Shown: positions 32,526 through 43,440 of the stretch, piece after piece
Numbering within the stretch: the stretch's first letter is position 1
Layout: each line of letters starts with the position of its first letter
Origin: Actinomycetota bacterium
GTDB lineage: Bacteria > Actinomycetota > CADDZG01 > JAHWKV01
NCBI GenBank assembly: GCA_052389675.1
Contig: JBQTHR010000022.1
Location: 2,891-66,890 of the forward strand
Direction of reading: 5' to 3'
DNA: 64,000 bases
The notes under the pieces: model-generated
The model's database searches: none
Seen by the model: only the letters and a program-made list of their open reading frames with translations
What the model was told of the DNA's origin: nothing
Made by a program: the position numbers and the translations under genes

Positions 32526-33578
32526 CTAACCGCCGCCCAGAATCTTTACCAGCTCGAAGGCCGGCGGGCGGTCCAGCTGATCGAAGGTACACGAAGCGGG
32601 GTCCCGGTCGGTGCGCCAGCGCCGGAACTGGGCTACGTGGCGGAATCGATCGCCTTCCATGTGGTCGTAACCAACCTCAGCCACCAGTTCAGGACGCAGC
32701 GGCTGCCACGACATGTCCTTGTGGGCATTCCATCGATTCTTCATTCCGCCGGGGATGTGCTCGAACCCGGCGATCTCGGACCAAGGGTGCTCCTCGAAGC
32801 CATCGGTTCGTACCGCAGCCAGGTCGTCCAGCAGCCTCCGGCGCTCCGCCATGGTGAAAGCACCGGCGACGCCCACATGATGCAGGCTGCCGTCTCCCGC
32901 GTACAAGCCCAGCAGCAGCGACCCCACCACCGGCCCGCTCTTGTGCCAGCGAAACCCGGCAACCACGCAGTCGGCGCTGCGCTGATGCTTGATCTTGAAC
33001 ATCAGCCGTTTGTCCGGCGCGTAGCCGATTCGCTTGGGCTTGGCGATCACCCCGTCCAGCCCAGCCCCCTCGAAAAGGGTGAACCACTGCCGGGCAAGGT
33101 CTACATCGTCGGTGGAGGGGGTCACGAAGATCGGGGGGTTGCTGATTGCCAGGGCCCGCTTCAGTTGTTCCCGCCGCTGGGCGAACGGCCGGCCGGTCAG
33201 CAACTCATCGCCCAGCGCCAGCAGGTCGAAGGCGATGAACGACGCCGGCCACCGCTCGGCCAGCATGTTCACCCGAGAGGCTGCCGGGTGGATGCGCTGC
33301 TGGAGCATCTCGAAGTCGAGGCCACCTCCGTGCGCAACGACCACCTCTCCGTCCACAACGCAGCGCTCGGGCAGCTGTCCCAATGCCCCTTCCACAATTT
33401 CCGGGAAGTAGCGGTTTAGCGGGCGTTCGTTGCGGCTGCCCAACTCTACCTCTGCCCTGTCCCGGAACACGATGCACCGGAATCCGTCGAACTTAGGCTC
33501 GTAGATCATCCCTTCGGGGATGTCGGGCACGGACTTGGCCAGCATCGGCTTTATGGGAGGCATGACCGGAAGGTCCAT
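32526..33578 (-). CDS. ligC: ATP-dependent DNA ligase (LigC-type, ligase domain only)
   Basis: Adenylation motif I KFDGFR, about 350 aa, OB-fold C-terminus. Confidence 0.85.
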   Translation of the reverse strand: MDLPVMPPIKPMLAKSVPDIPEGMIYEPKFDGFRCIVFRDRAEVELGSRNERPLNRYFPEIVEGALGQLPERCVVDGEVVVAHGGGLDFEMLQQRIHPAASRVNMLAERWPASFIAFDLLALGDELLTGRPFAQRREQLKRALAISNPPIFVTPSTDDVDLARQWFTLFEGAGLDGVIAKPKRIGYAPDKRLMFKIKHQRSADCVVAGFRWHKSGPVVGSLLLGLYAGDGSLHHVGVAGAFTMAERRRLLDDLAAVRTDGFEEHPWSEIAGFEHIPGGMKNRWNAHKDMSWQPLRPELVAEVGYDHMEGDRFRHVAQFRRWRTDRDPASCTFDQLDRPPAFELVKILGGG

Positions 33579-33789
33579 ACGGTTACTGGGCCCAGGTAGT
33601 CATTTTTCGATCCTACCGCCGGCCCGCCTCTCCCAGGAGAAGTCCGCGCTTGCAGGGGGCCGGCTCAGCAAGTTGGCGAGCCAACTGCGTGCTCACCCGC
33701 CGCCCGTCCGGGCCGATCTGGCCGGCGTAGTAATCGTCGATTCCTGGATTCGCTTCGCACAACTGCGTTTGACACTCTCGGTCGCGCAC

Positions 33790-34818
33790 CTACTTGCCTC
33801 TCAGACCCTTGGGCCCATCGGCAGGTCGGGCCTTGCTCGGTTGGACCCGCTTCGGCTCGCCGGGCATCTTGGGGAAGTTGGGCGGCCAGGGGGCATCGCC
33901 CAAACCTTGCCGCTCGTCGTCCAGGGACAGTTCCAGCAGCGACTCCAATGACCCGGCGGTCTCATCGATGGGCCCGTGCGGGTCACCCCGCTCGGCGAAC
34001 CGGTCCGGGACGGTGAGGATCGTCCAATCGCCAGGCTCGACCGAAAGCACCTCATCCCACTCCAGCGGCGTGGAAACCCGCCCACCCGGCACCGGCCGGG
34101 GCGAGTAGGCCGACGCTACCGTCCGGTCCCGGGCGTTTTGGTTGTAGTCAAGGAACACGCCGTGGCGAGTCTCCTTCCACCAAGCGGTGGTCGCCCGGGG
34201 GTCTCGCCGCTCCACCTCCCGGGCAAGCGACAGCGCCGCCCGGCGCACCTCCGTGAACCCCCAGCGGGCCTCGATCCGCACATTGATGTGGATACCCCGG
34301 GAGCCCGAGGTCTTGGGGAAGCCGGCCAACCCGTGCTCATCGAGCACTTCTTTTACGCTCATCGCCACCTCCCGGACCTGTTCGAATGAGATGCCGGGCG
34401 TCGGGTCTATGTCCACCCGCAATTCGTCCGGCCGATCCAGGTCGGTGCGGCGAACAGGCCACGGGTTGAGGTCGATGCACCCGAGGTTGATCGCCCACAC
34501 CATGTGCGCCCGGTCGACGATGGTTAAGAACTCCGCCGAGCGCCCGCTCGGGAAACGCACCATTGCGGTTTGGATCCAGTCCGGACGGGGCGTTGGGACG
34601 CGCTTTTGGAAGAAAAACTCGCCCCCGGCACCGTCGGGGAAGCGCTTGAGCGAGGTGGGCCGGTCGAAGACGCCTCTGATCGCCCCAGGCGCCACTGACA
34701 GGTAGTACTGGACAAGGTCCAGCTTGGTCACCCCGATTTCCGGAAAGAACACCTTCCCTGGGTTAGTGACCTTGACCTCGTGCCCGTCCAGCTCTATGAG
34801 CTCGAACTTCGCGGTCAT
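33790..34818 (-). CDS. NHEJ primase-polymerase (LigD polymerase domain, stand-alone)
   Basis: FELIELDGHEVKVTNPGKVFFPE...LDLNPW...SGSRGIHI typical LigD PolDom/PrimPol motifs; start at internal Met of longer ORF. Confidence 0.8.
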   Translation of the reverse strand: MTAKFELIELDGHEVKVTNPGKVFFPEIGVTKLDLVQYYLSVAPGAIRGVFDRPTSLKRFPDGAGGEFFFQKRVPTPRPDWIQTAMVRFPSGRSAEFLTIVDRAHMVWAINLGCIDLNPWPVRRTDLDRPDELRVDIDPTPGISFEQVREVAMSVKEVLDEHGLAGFPKTSGSRGIHINVRIEARWGFTEVRRAALSLAREVERRDPRATTAWWKETRHGVFLDYNQNARDRTVASAYSPRPVPGGRVSTPLEWDEVLSVEPGDWTILTVPDRFAERGDPHGPIDETAGSLESLLELSLDDERQGLGDAPWPPNFPKMPGEPKRVQPSKARPADGPKGLRGK

Positions 34819-35058
34819 GGCTGGAGAAGGCGGCCGTTGACCGGGAATGAGCGGACTGCAATCCTGGCCACTACAACCCGGCCAGACCGGCCAGACCGCA
34901 GCCCGGCGGGGACGCTGCACCCAACACAGCCTGAGGAGGAGGCGATGGGCTCCCGGCGAGGCGGGTGGCCTCCACAAGAGCAGCCACCTCCCGATCGCCT
35001 CGGCCGAAGCGATCATCCCGCCCGAGTCCAGTCACCGGGTCCACTCAGGCAGCGCCAC

Positions 35059-37134
35059 TTAGAGCGGGTCTCCCAGGGCATGCAACTGTGCTTCGGGGGC
35101 CGAGACCCCGCGGATCCGGGCCTCTTGCAGACCGAGCGCCTGGAGCCGCTCGGTGCTGATCGGCCGTCGCTGGCCGTCGGAGATGACCCAAAGCTCGCTT
35201 CCGGTGCGCAAGATGGTGCCTTCGGCGAAGCCCACGGCGGCGCCGGCGGGGAAGCGGGCGAGGGCGGCGTCGGAGACCTTGACCACGTCGTTCCATCTGA
35301 AGCGGGACTCCAGCACTGCAGGTGAGGTGATCGGCCGGCGAACTGCTGCCTCAATCAGGTAGACAGTCGGGCCGCTACCCTTGACCAGGGTTCCGTTGAA
35401 GGGCGCCTCCTTGGGATCTGCGATCGCAAACCCTTCTTCGAAGATCTCGATCTCCTCCTGGCGCACGCTCACCACTTTCTTGAACGAGTAGCCGGACTTG
35501 GTGAGCGCATGAGCCGAGGTGAAGCCCCGCCGCTTGCCTTCGGAGATCAGCCATACCGGTGTACCGGGCCGGGAGAGCAAAGTGCCGTCCCGGTATCCGA
35601 CCGGGTGCCCCAATTCGTAGCTGGTGATCTGCTCCGAGCCGATCACCGTTGCCACCGCACCTGGAAAGTGCGACGACAAAGCACCCGGGCTTGCGAAAGG
35701 CCGCTTCTTGCCGCCGGCCAACAGGTAGATGGCCGGGTCCGGCCCTTTGACCAGGGTCCCGTTGGGCAACTTGGGCGTCTCCGGGTGAGCCGCCGGGGCT
35801 GCCGCGACAACCTCAGGCGGGACCGGGACCGGGACCGGGACGGCGAGCGGCGCCTTCGGCTCGCCCTGCCAGAACAAGGTGCTCAGCAGGCCCAGTTGTC
35901 TTTTGAGCGCCGAACCTGAAACTCGCTTGGTCCCGCCTGAGCCGGTGATCCTCACGCCTCCTTGCGTGTCCGACAAGACGCTGCGCACTCTTCCAGAGAC
36001 TCCTTCGGGGCCGAGGATCTCGATTGTGGCAGGCATCCCGGCGTTGGTCGCCGGCGATGATTCCAGCCGGTCAGCCAGTTCCTGTTGGGTGAGCCGGACA
36101 CTCCACGAGCGCCGGGGGCCGGTGTCCCATGGGTCGGGCACGCCCCGCAGGTAGGGCAGGGGAGGTCCTCCCCAGACGAACTCGTTGTTCTCGGTATGGC
36201 CGCCACTGGAGGAGTGGTACACCGCCTCGATCGGCCGCCCGTTCAGTGTCAGGATCCTGCCGTCGGTGGCGTCGACTGCGGCGCGCCAGCGGTCCCCCGC
36301 CTCGCCACCCTCCTTCTCGAAACCCACGTAGACCTGATCGATAGTCGACGGGAACATCCCGCAGTTGCACGGCGTGCGGGCCTGCCCCAGCCGGGTAAGC
36401 TTCTCCAGTGCATAGGTCCGGCCAGCGATCGCTTGCGCTTTGAGAGCCTCTTCCGGCCACAATGAGGGCACCTCGCCCAAGCCGTAGAGGTAGTGCTGCA
36501 TTCCCATCCCGGTGACCGTGGCCCGGATGAGCCAGGTTTCGCCCTTTTTGTAGGTGTCTATTTGTAAGGTCCCATGTTTGTAGCGGTTGCCGGTTTGTGG
36601 CAGGCGTAGGAGGCTGCCGTGCGGCCCGTAAACTACGAACAGCGCGGCGGTAGCGCCCGGTCGGCTTACCCGTTCGCCGGCGCTGCTCAGCAGCAAAGAG
36701 CCCGAGGCGTCAGTGGAAACGTTCCATTGCTTGTCGGCGGAGCCCGTGGCGACTATCTCGCCCTCCGGGCTGCCGTAGCGCACCTCGAACTTGCCCGAGG
36801 CGCTCAGATCTATCGATGGCATGTCCCACAGCAGCCCTACTCGCACCTGAGCTGGCATCTTCCCCGTCTCGAGGGTGGTCCCTTGGTAATAGTGGGTGAG
36901 GATCTCGGCTGAGGTGCGCCCGGCGTCCGCCTGGCCCTTGGCCCCCCACTGGCTAAGGCCTAGCCCGTGTCCCCAGCCGCCGCCGGAGAACACGAAGGCG
37001 GGAGTGGGCCCCTGAGCTTTCGCAGCCATGCCGGTTGAAGGCAAGGAGGCGGCTAGGAGCAGCACCCCCACTAACGCCGCGGGTCGGCGGTGCCCTGTCC
37101 TGTGGTTTCTGTTAATGGGAGTCAAGAACAGCAT
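35059..37134 (-). CDS. SpoIID/LytB-domain secreted protein with four C-terminal about 35-aa repeats
   Basis: SpoIID signature GGGWGHGLGLSQWGA; repeated (N/D)GTL(V/L)..G...(Y/W)LI....RR.I modules. Confidence 0.75.
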   Translation of the reverse strand: MLFLTPINRNHRTGHRRPAALVGVLLLAASLPSTGMAAKAQGPTPAFVFSGGGWGHGLGLSQWGAKGQADAGRTSAEILTHYYQGTTLETGKMPAQVRVGLLWDMPSIDLSASGKFEVRYGSPEGEIVATGSADKQWNVSTDASGSLLLSSAGERVSRPGATAALFVVYGPHGSLLRLPQTGNRYKHGTLQIDTYKKGETWLIRATVTGMGMQHYLYGLGEVPSLWPEEALKAQAIAGRTYALEKLTRLGQARTPCNCGMFPSTIDQVYVGFEKEGGEAGDRWRAAVDATDGRILTLNGRPIEAVYHSSSGGHTENNEFVWGGPPLPYLRGVPDPWDTGPRRSWSVRLTQQELADRLESSPATNAGMPATIEILGPEGVSGRVRSVLSDTQGGVRITGSGGTKRVSGSALKRQLGLLSTLFWQGEPKAPLAVPVPVPVPPEVVAAAPAAHPETPKLPNGTLVKGPDPAIYLLAGGKKRPFASPGALSSHFPGAVATVIGSEQITSYELGHPVGYRDGTLLSRPGTPVWLISEGKRRGFTSAHALTKSGYSFKKVVSVRQEEIEIFEEGFAIADPKEAPFNGTLVKGSGPTVYLIEAAVRRPITSPAVLESRFRWNDVVKVSDAALARFPAGAAVGFAEGTILRTGSELWVISDGQRRPISTERLQALGLQEARIRGVSAPEAQLHALGDPL

Positions 37135-37251
37135 CGGGGAAGATTATCCTGCGGCGCGCCGATCAGAGTGGTTTTAGGCTTCAATAGTGCGAATGTCTCC
37201 GGCGGCCCTACTCCCACCAATCAGGTGACCGATCCGGTTGCCGAGGCGCCG

Positions 37252-38115
37252 ATGGTAGCGACGGTCATCGTCAACTTCGATTCCGGCTCCCATTTGGCCA
37301 ACTGCCTGGCTGCACTTGGCGCCGCTCAAGGCGAAGGATCGGTCGAATTGCTGGTAGTGGACAACGCATCCACCGACGGCAGCGTCGACGGTCTTGCCGA
37401 GGCCCACCCGGAAGTCAGGTTCGTCTACAACGCCCGTAACCTGGGCTACGGCAGCGCGTGCAACATCGGCTCGCGCCGGGTGTCGGCGCCTTTCCTGTGC
37501 TTTTTGAATCCAGACGTGGTGCCGGCTCCGGGAAGCCTGCTCGCGATGGCCGGGGCCCTGGTTGCCGATCCGAAGATAGGGGTCCTGGGGCCCCGGCTCA
37601 ACAATCCCGACGGCAGCCTCTACCCCTCCTGCCGGGTGTTCCCCGGCTGGCGAGTGGCCATCGGGCACGCGATCTTCGGGCTGCTCACCCCTAGCAACCG
37701 GTTCACCCGGGCCTACCAACTGCGCGACATGTCTCACTCCGAGCCGGCCGAGGTCGATTGGGTTTCGGGCGCGGCGATGATGGTGCGCCGGGAGGCGTTC
37801 GAACAAGTTGGGGGCTTCGACGAGAGGTACTTCATGTACGTGGAGGATGTGGACCTGTGCAGCCGGCTGCGCCGGGCCGGATGGGAGGCTCGTTACTTCC
37901 CTGCGGCACAGATGATGCACCATGTGGCCGGTTCCAGCCGGCGTACGCCTTACCGGATGATCTTCCATCACCATCGCAGTCTGCTGCGCTATGCCCTCAG
38001 CCGGACCGGCGGGGCGAAACGGTTGGCGCTCCCTCTCATTGCGGCAGGGCTGGCGGCCCGGATGGTCCTGGTCTGGATGGACTTCTTCCTGCGTCACGGC
38101 CGCAAGGGCCGTTGA
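37252..38115 (+). CDS. glycosyltransferase family 2
   Basis: VIVNFDSG...VVDNASTDGS...DxD-like FLNPDVV; WbbL/rhamnosyltransferase-like architecture. Confidence 0.8.
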   Translation: MVATVIVNFDSGSHLANCLAALGAAQGEGSVELLVVDNASTDGSVDGLAEAHPEVRFVYNARNLGYGSACNIGSRRVSAPFLCFLNPDVVPAPGSLLAMAGALVADPKIGVLGPRLNNPDGSLYPSCRVFPGWRVAIGHAIFGLLTPSNRFTRAYQLRDMSHSEPAEVDWVSGAAMMVRREAFEQVGGFDERYFMYVEDVDLCSRLRRAGWEARYFPAAQMMHHVAGSSRRTPYRMIFHHHRSLLRYALSRTGGAKRLALPLIAAGLAARMVLVWMDFFLRHGRKGR

Positions 38116-38301
38116 CTGGGACTGGGACCGGGACCGGGACCGGCAGCCGGCGGCGGCCGCAGTTCCACGCAGGAGGCTGGGCGCAGGACGGCCGGCGGCC
38201 GCAGATCCAGGGGTGAGGCCGGCGCCCCATTCCCCCAATTGGGCACATAAAAGTTGCCTTTGGGAGTCTGGGGTTGCCCCGAGCGGTGTAGAGTTTTCGG
38301 C

Positions 38302-40749
38302 ATGCCGATCAGCGTCTCCATCGTTGTCCTGAATTTCAACGGCAAGCACTTCCTTGATTCTTGCTTGGAGTCGCTGTTCTCACAGAACTACCCGGAATCG
38401 ATGGAAGTCGTGGTGGTGGACAACGGTTCTTCGGACGGTTCTGTGGACCACATCAGGACCCAATGGCCGAACGCCCGGCTGCTTGAGCTGGAAACAAACC
38501 TCGGGTTCGCCGGTGGGATCAACGCCGGGGTTGGGCACGCCCGTGGTGAGTTCGTCGCCTTGATCAACAACGACGCGGTCGCCCACAAGGACTGGCTGCG
38601 CCATGGTCTGGCTGGGTTCAAGAAAGGTTCGGACGTTGCCGTGGTCGGGTCCAAGATACTAACCCTCGACGGCAAGTCCATCGACTACGCGGGTGGCGCA
38701 CTTTCCTTCTATGGGCACGGGTTCAAGATCGGCGTGGGGGAGCCGGACGAAGGGCAGTACAACCGCCCCGGCGAGACGCTGTTTGCCTCCGGATGCGCCC
38801 TTTTCGTTCCCCGGGACTTGTTCTTGGAAGTTGGCGGTTTCGACGAGGACTTTTTCGCCTTCTTCGAAGACGTTGATCTGGGCTGGCGGTTGTGGTTGCT
38901 GGGGCACCGGGTGCTCTACGAACCCGCCTCGGTGGTGTACCACCGCCATCACGGCACCGCCGATGCGCTGGGCGAGGAACGTGAGCGCTTCCTGCTGGAG
39001 CGCAACGCCCTCATGACGATCCTCAAAAACTACTCGGACAAGACCCTTGCGCAGGCGTTTACGCCAGCCTTGATGCTGACTTTGGAGCGGGGCCTTACCT
39101 ACTCTGCGGTGGACCGGCAGGACTATGATCTCGCCTTCTCTCAGCACGGTGCCCGGCCGGACCCGGAGCTGTCCCGGATGACCATGTCTCACCTGTTGGC
39201 CATCTCTGAGGTAAGCCGGCAGATGCCGCAGATCATGGCTAAGCGACAGTTCGTCCAGAGCCGGCGCAAGCGCACCGACACAGAGATCATGTCGCTGTTC
39301 CAAAGGGCGCTGACCCCCAATATCGACGATCGGGACTTCGCTCGCACCTTTGCCGGGGTTATTGATGAGGCCGGCTTGGCGTCGGTCTTTACAGGGCGAG
39401 TCAAGGTGCTGCTGATCACCGGCGATACCGTCTCTTCGAAGATGGCCGGTCCGGCCATCCGGGCTTGGGAGATGTGTTCGGAGTTGGCTCGCAAGCATGA
39501 CGTACGGATGCTGGTTTTCAAGGCGGCCGACATCAGCCCCAAGACGTTCAACCTTGACATCTTGAGTGACGCCACCCTGCCCGACCATCTTGACTGGGCA
39601 GACGTGGTGATATTCCAGGGCTTCGTGATGCACAAGCACCCGATCATCGCCGACTGCGGCAAGGTCTTGGTGGCCGATATCTATGACCCGTTTCATCTTG
39701 AGAACTTGGAGATGTTCCGGGAGGACGATCCGGGCAAGCGGCGCAACATCTTCGAGAGCGATCTGGAGGTCATTAACGACCAACTAACCAGATGCGACTA
39801 CTTCATCTGCGCCAGCGAGAAGCAGCGGGACTTCTGGCTGGGCCAGCTTGCTGCCAACGGTCGTCTGAACCCGCACGTCTACGATATGGATCCGACGCTG
39901 CGCAGCCTGGTAGACGTCGTTCCCTTCGGCTTACCCTCCGACCCGCCGAACCATACCGGCAAGGTGCTGCGAGGGGTGGTGCCGGGCATCGGCGAGGAAG
40001 ATAAGGTCCTGCTGTGGGGGGGCGGCATTTACAACTGGTTCGACCCATTGACGCTGATCAGGGCAGTAGATCAGGTGCGCAAGGATCACCCGGAACTCAA
40101 GCTGTTCTTTATGGGTCTGGCGCACCCGAACCCGGACGTTCCCCGGATGCGTATGGCCACCGAGGCCATCAGGCTGGTGGACGAGTTGGGCCTCGGGGGC
40201 AAGCATGTCTTTTTCAACGACGGCTGGGTGCCGTACGGGGAACGGGCGAGCTACCTGCTGGAGGCGGACATCGGCGTGTCCTGCCACCTGGAACATATCG
40301 AGACGACCTTTTCCTACCGCACCCGAGTTCTGGACTACTTCTGGGCGGAACTGCCGGTCATTGTCACCAGCGGCGATGCTCTCAGCCAACTCGTGGAGGA
40401 GCGGGGCCTGGGTCTGACCGTTGGACCGGGCGACGTGGAGGGCTTTGCCGCGGCAATAACCCGGATGCTCGAAGAAGAGGACCTGGCCCGGGAGTGCGAG
40501 CTTAACGTGGGCAAGCTCCGTCCAGAGCTGGCTTGGGGAGAGATCATCAAGCCGCTGGACAGGTTCTGCACCCGCCCTCATCGGGCGGCCGACAGCCTGG
40601 AGCAGGGTCGGGTGGGCCTGCGCCTCAGCCCCCGCAGGCGTCTGATGCGGCGCATGGCGGCGGCGTGGGACGAGGGCGGAGCGGTCCTGGTGGTCCAACG
40701 CGCTGCGGGCTACAGCAAGCGCCATCTGATCAAACGGTGGACCGGGTGA
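38302..40749 (+). CDS. bifunctional glycosyltransferase (N-terminal GT2 + C-terminal GT4/GT1-like domain)
   Basis: N-term ISVSIVVLNFNG...VVVDNGSSDGS; C-term LLWGGGIYNWFDP...LFFMG...E(x7)E-like GT4 region. Confidence 0.8.
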   Translation: MPISVSIVVLNFNGKHFLDSCLESLFSQNYPESMEVVVVDNGSSDGSVDHIRTQWPNARLLELETNLGFAGGINAGVGHARGEFVALINNDAVAHKDWLRHGLAGFKKGSDVAVVGSKILTLDGKSIDYAGGALSFYGHGFKIGVGEPDEGQYNRPGETLFASGCALFVPRDLFLEVGGFDEDFFAFFEDVDLGWRLWLLGHRVLYEPASVVYHRHHGTADALGEERERFLLERNALMTILKNYSDKTLAQAFTPALMLTLERGLTYSAVDRQDYDLAFSQHGARPDPELSRMTMSHLLAISEVSRQMPQIMAKRQFVQSRRKRTDTEIMSLFQRALTPNIDDRDFARTFAGVIDEAGLASVFTGRVKVLLITGDTVSSKMAGPAIRAWEMCSELARKHDVRMLVFKAADISPKTFNLDILSDATLPDHLDWADVVIFQGFVMHKHPIIADCGKVLVADIYDPFHLENLEMFREDDPGKRRNIFESDLEVINDQLTRCDYFICASEKQRDFWLGQLAANGRLNPHVYDMDPTLRSLVDVVPFGLPSDPPNHTGKVLRGVVPGIGEEDKVLLWGGGIYNWFDPLTLIRAVDQVRKDHPELKLFFMGLAHPNPDVPRMRMATEAIRLVDELGLGGKHVFFNDGWVPYGERASYLLEADIGVSCHLEHIETTFSYRTRVLDYFWAELPVIVTSGDALSQLVEERGLGLTVGPGDVEGFAAAITRMLEEEDLARECELNVGKLRPELAWGEIIKPLDRFCTRPHRAADSLEQGRVGLRLSPRRRLMRRMAAAWDEGGAVLVVQRAAGYSKRHLIKRWTG

Positions 40750-40794
40750 AAGCGGGCCGGCCAAGCTTCACCGGTTGCCCCGGTACAGGCTCCC

Positions 40795-41589
40795 TCAGCT
40801 CCGCGGCTCCGGCGCCAGCGCCACCTCCTCCGGCTCGACATATGGCTCACCGGTGTTCTGGGAAACCTGCTTCAGATAGGCGCGGACGACCTCCTTGGCG
40901 GTGCCGGTCCGGCGCAACTTCCCGTGCTCCAGCCAGGCGGCCGAGTCACACAGGTCCTCGATCATGCCCATCGCATGGGAGACGACGACTATCGTGCAGC
41001 CGTTGCTCTTAAGCTCCAGGAATTTGGTGCGGCAGCGCTGCTGGAACTCGGCGTCGCCCACGGCCAGAACCTCGTCCACCAGCAAGATTTCGGGGGAGAC
41101 GTTGATGGCCACAGAGAAGCCCAGCCGGACGTACATGCCCGAGGAATAGTTCTTGACCGGGGTGTCGATGAACCGCTCGATGCCGGAGAAGGCGACGATC
41201 TCGTCGAATTTGCGGTTCAGTTCCTTGGAGTTGATGCCCAGGATCGCACCGTTGAGAAAGACGTTCTCCCGCCCCGACAGTTCCGGATGAAATCCTGCTC
41301 CCAACTCCAGCAGCGCCGACATGGATCCAACCGCTGAAATGGATCCTTTGTCCGGCACCAGGATGCGCGCCATACATTTGAGCAAGGTGGATTTGCCTGA
41401 GCCGTTCTCGCCGATCAGCCCGTAAGTTGACGCTTTGGGGATCTCCACCGAGACGTGGTCCAGCGCCCAAAACTCCTCGTAAACCCCCCGGCGCCGGCGC
41501 AAGACCGCCTGTTTGATGCTCTGGTTGCGCTCGTGGTAGATCCGGAACCGCTTGGAAACCCGATCCGCCGCCAGCGCAACCTCGGTCAA
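40795..41589 (-). CDS. polysaccharide ABC exporter ATP-binding protein (Wzt/TagH-like, no C-terminal carbohydrate-binding domain)
   Basis: Walker A GENGSGKST, signature YSSGMYVRLGF, Walker B LLVDEVLAVGD; TTG start overlaps permease stop (TTGA). Confidence 0.85.
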   Translation of the reverse strand: MTEVALAADRVSKRFRIYHERNQSIKQAVLRRRRGVYEEFWALDHVSVEIPKASTYGLIGENGSGKSTLLKCMARILVPDKGSISAVGSMSALLELGAGFHPELSGRENVFLNGAILGINSKELNRKFDEIVAFSGIERFIDTPVKNYSSGMYVRLGFSVAINVSPEILLVDEVLAVGDAEFQQRCRTKFLELKSNGCTIVVVSHAMGMIEDLCDSAAWLEHGKLRRTGTAKEVVRAYLKQVSQNTGEPYVEPEEVALAPEPRS

Positions 41590-42467
41590 AGCTCCTCCGC
41601 GAAGCGATCCTGGAGTTTGCGAAACGTGAGCCAACCCACGGTCATGGCAATGCCCGCTGATAGGGCCATCCATCCGAAGGTGGCTGCGGGCGGGATCTTG
41701 AGGTCGTAGAAAATCGATCGGTAGGCTTGGGTGAAGTGGACCATCGGGTTGAACTGGTAAAGCGCCTTCAGCGGGATGTCCAACCCCCCGACTACTGCAT
41801 CCCGCACGAAGCTGATCGGGTAAAGGATGGGGGTGGAATAAAACCACAAAAGCAAAAGGATCTGCAGGAGATGCTCGATGTCCCGAAAGTAAACGTTGAG
41901 GCTGGCCAGAGCCATCCCGAGCCCCAGTACGAACAGCATCTGCAGGCCGATCACAACAAGGGCTAACGGTAGGAATGGGAAGACCACCTGGCCGGCTATC
42001 AATAGGGCCACGGAGAGCACTCCCAGTTCGATCAGAAGATTGGTGTTAGCCGACAGCACGTTGGCGGCGGGCAGCACCGAGCGAGGGAAGTAGACCTTCT
42101 TGATCAGCCCGGCGTTGGCAATGACCGATCCGGTTGCCGAACTCAGCCCAGCCGCCAGGAAGTTCCAGGGCAGTAGAGCGGCGATCAGGAAGAAAGCGAA
42201 GTTCTTGAGCCCGCTGGGCGATCCCACCGGAGGGTCGATGTTGAAGAAGACTCCGAACACGAACGAGAATACGAGCATGGTGGCCAGCGGGTTCACCATT
42301 GACCACAGCCAGCCCATGGCCGACCGCTTGTACTTGGAACGGTTCTCCCGCAACGTGAGGTTGATCAGCAGAGATCGGGCTGCAGGCAGGCCGCTCAACC
42401 TCGTAGTGTTCACGCCGACTACCATACCGTTAGCTTGATGCCAGCCCCGAACCGGACAGGAACTCAT
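41586..42467 (-). CDS. ABC-2 type polysaccharide exporter permease (Wzm-like)
   Basis: Six predicted TM helices, ABC-2 family layout; coupled to ATPase gene. Confidence 0.8.
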   Translation of the reverse strand: MSSCPVRGWHQANGMVVGVNTTRLSGLPAARSLLINLTLRENRSKYKRSAMGWLWSMVNPLATMLVFSFVFGVFFNIDPPVGSPSGLKNFAFFLIAALLPWNFLAAGLSSATGSVIANAGLIKKVYFPRSVLPAANVLSANTNLLIELGVLSVALLIAGQVVFPFLPLALVVIGLQMLFVLGLGMALASLNVYFRDIEHLLQILLLLWFYSTPILYPISFVRDAVVGGLDIPLKALYQFNPMVHFTQAYRSIFYDLKIPPAATFGWMALSAGIAMTVGWLTFRKLQDRFAEEL

Positions 42468-42468
42468 C

Positions 42469-43287
42469 TTGACCCAGCCGAATGCCCCCGAGTTGCTCTA
42501 CCTTGACCTGCTCAAAAGGGTCCTGACCCGCACCGGCTTCCCGTCGTACCAGTTGCCGATCACCCGCGGATGGAAGCGCAAAGTCTACGGGCCGGTAAGG
42601 GACCTGCTCAGCGCGCGGGGCTTTCAACTGGTGCGCCGGGTGGACCCAGAAATGAGGCGTATCGGCGGTGACTGGCCCTCCGATGCCGAGACCATGGTGG
42701 GTTTGGTGCGCCTGGACAACATTCAAAGGTGCGTGGTCGATGTTATCGATAGGAAAGTGCCGGGCGACCTCATTGAGACCGGAGTCTGGCGCGGAGGCGC
42801 CAGCATCTTTATGGCGGGCATTCTGAGTGTTTACAAGGACAGCGGCCGGTTCATCTGGTGCGCCGACTCGTTCCAGGGCCTGCCGGAACCGTTGACTGGC
42901 GCTCACGCTGTTGACGTGGCTGACCCGCTCCACAAGTTCATAGATCTGGCAGTGCCCTTGGAGCAGGTTAAGCAGAACTTCGAGCGCTACGGATTGCTTA
43001 CCGACCAGGTGAGGTTCCTCCCGGGCTGGTTCCAGGACACCTTGCCCACAGCTGCGGTGGAGCAACTGGCAGTCCTGCGACTGGACGGAGACATGTATGA
43101 CTCCACCATGGTGGCCCTTGAGAGCCTTTACCCGAAACTGTCGGTGGGCGGGTATGTGATCGTGGACGACTACGGGGCGCTACGCAGTTGCCGGCAGGCG
43201 GTGCAGGATTACCGGGTGAAGCAGGGGATCGAGGACGAAATCAAGGTTGTGGACTGGGCGGCGGTCTACTGGCAACGAAGTGGGTAA
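42469..43287 (+). CDS. TylF/MycF-family sugar O-methyltransferase
   Basis: ETGVWRGGASIFMAG and GYVIVDDYG motifs characteristic of macrocin-O-methyltransferase family. Confidence 0.8.
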   Translation: MTQPNAPELLYLDLLKRVLTRTGFPSYQLPITRGWKRKVYGPVRDLLSARGFQLVRRVDPEMRRIGGDWPSDAETMVGLVRLDNIQRCVVDVIDRKVPGDLIETGVWRGGASIFMAGILSVYKDSGRFIWCADSFQGLPEPLTGAHAVDVADPLHKFIDLAVPLEQVKQNFERYGLLTDQVRFLPGWFQDTLPTAAVEQLAVLRLDGDMYDSTMVALESLYPKLSVGGYVIVDDYGALRSCRQAVQDYRVKQGIEDEIKVVDWAAVYWQRSG

Positions 43288-43440
43288 GCGAATTTGGAAC
43301 CAATTCGCGACGCGAGAGATAATCGTGGCTAGGCCCCCAAGGGTGCACCGGCTTTCGCGAGGCTCCGTAATGACAAACCTCCCGGTATCTGGGATTGGAC
43401 TGCTGCGTTCCGAGTCTGCCCCGTCCACCAATGGCTGACA

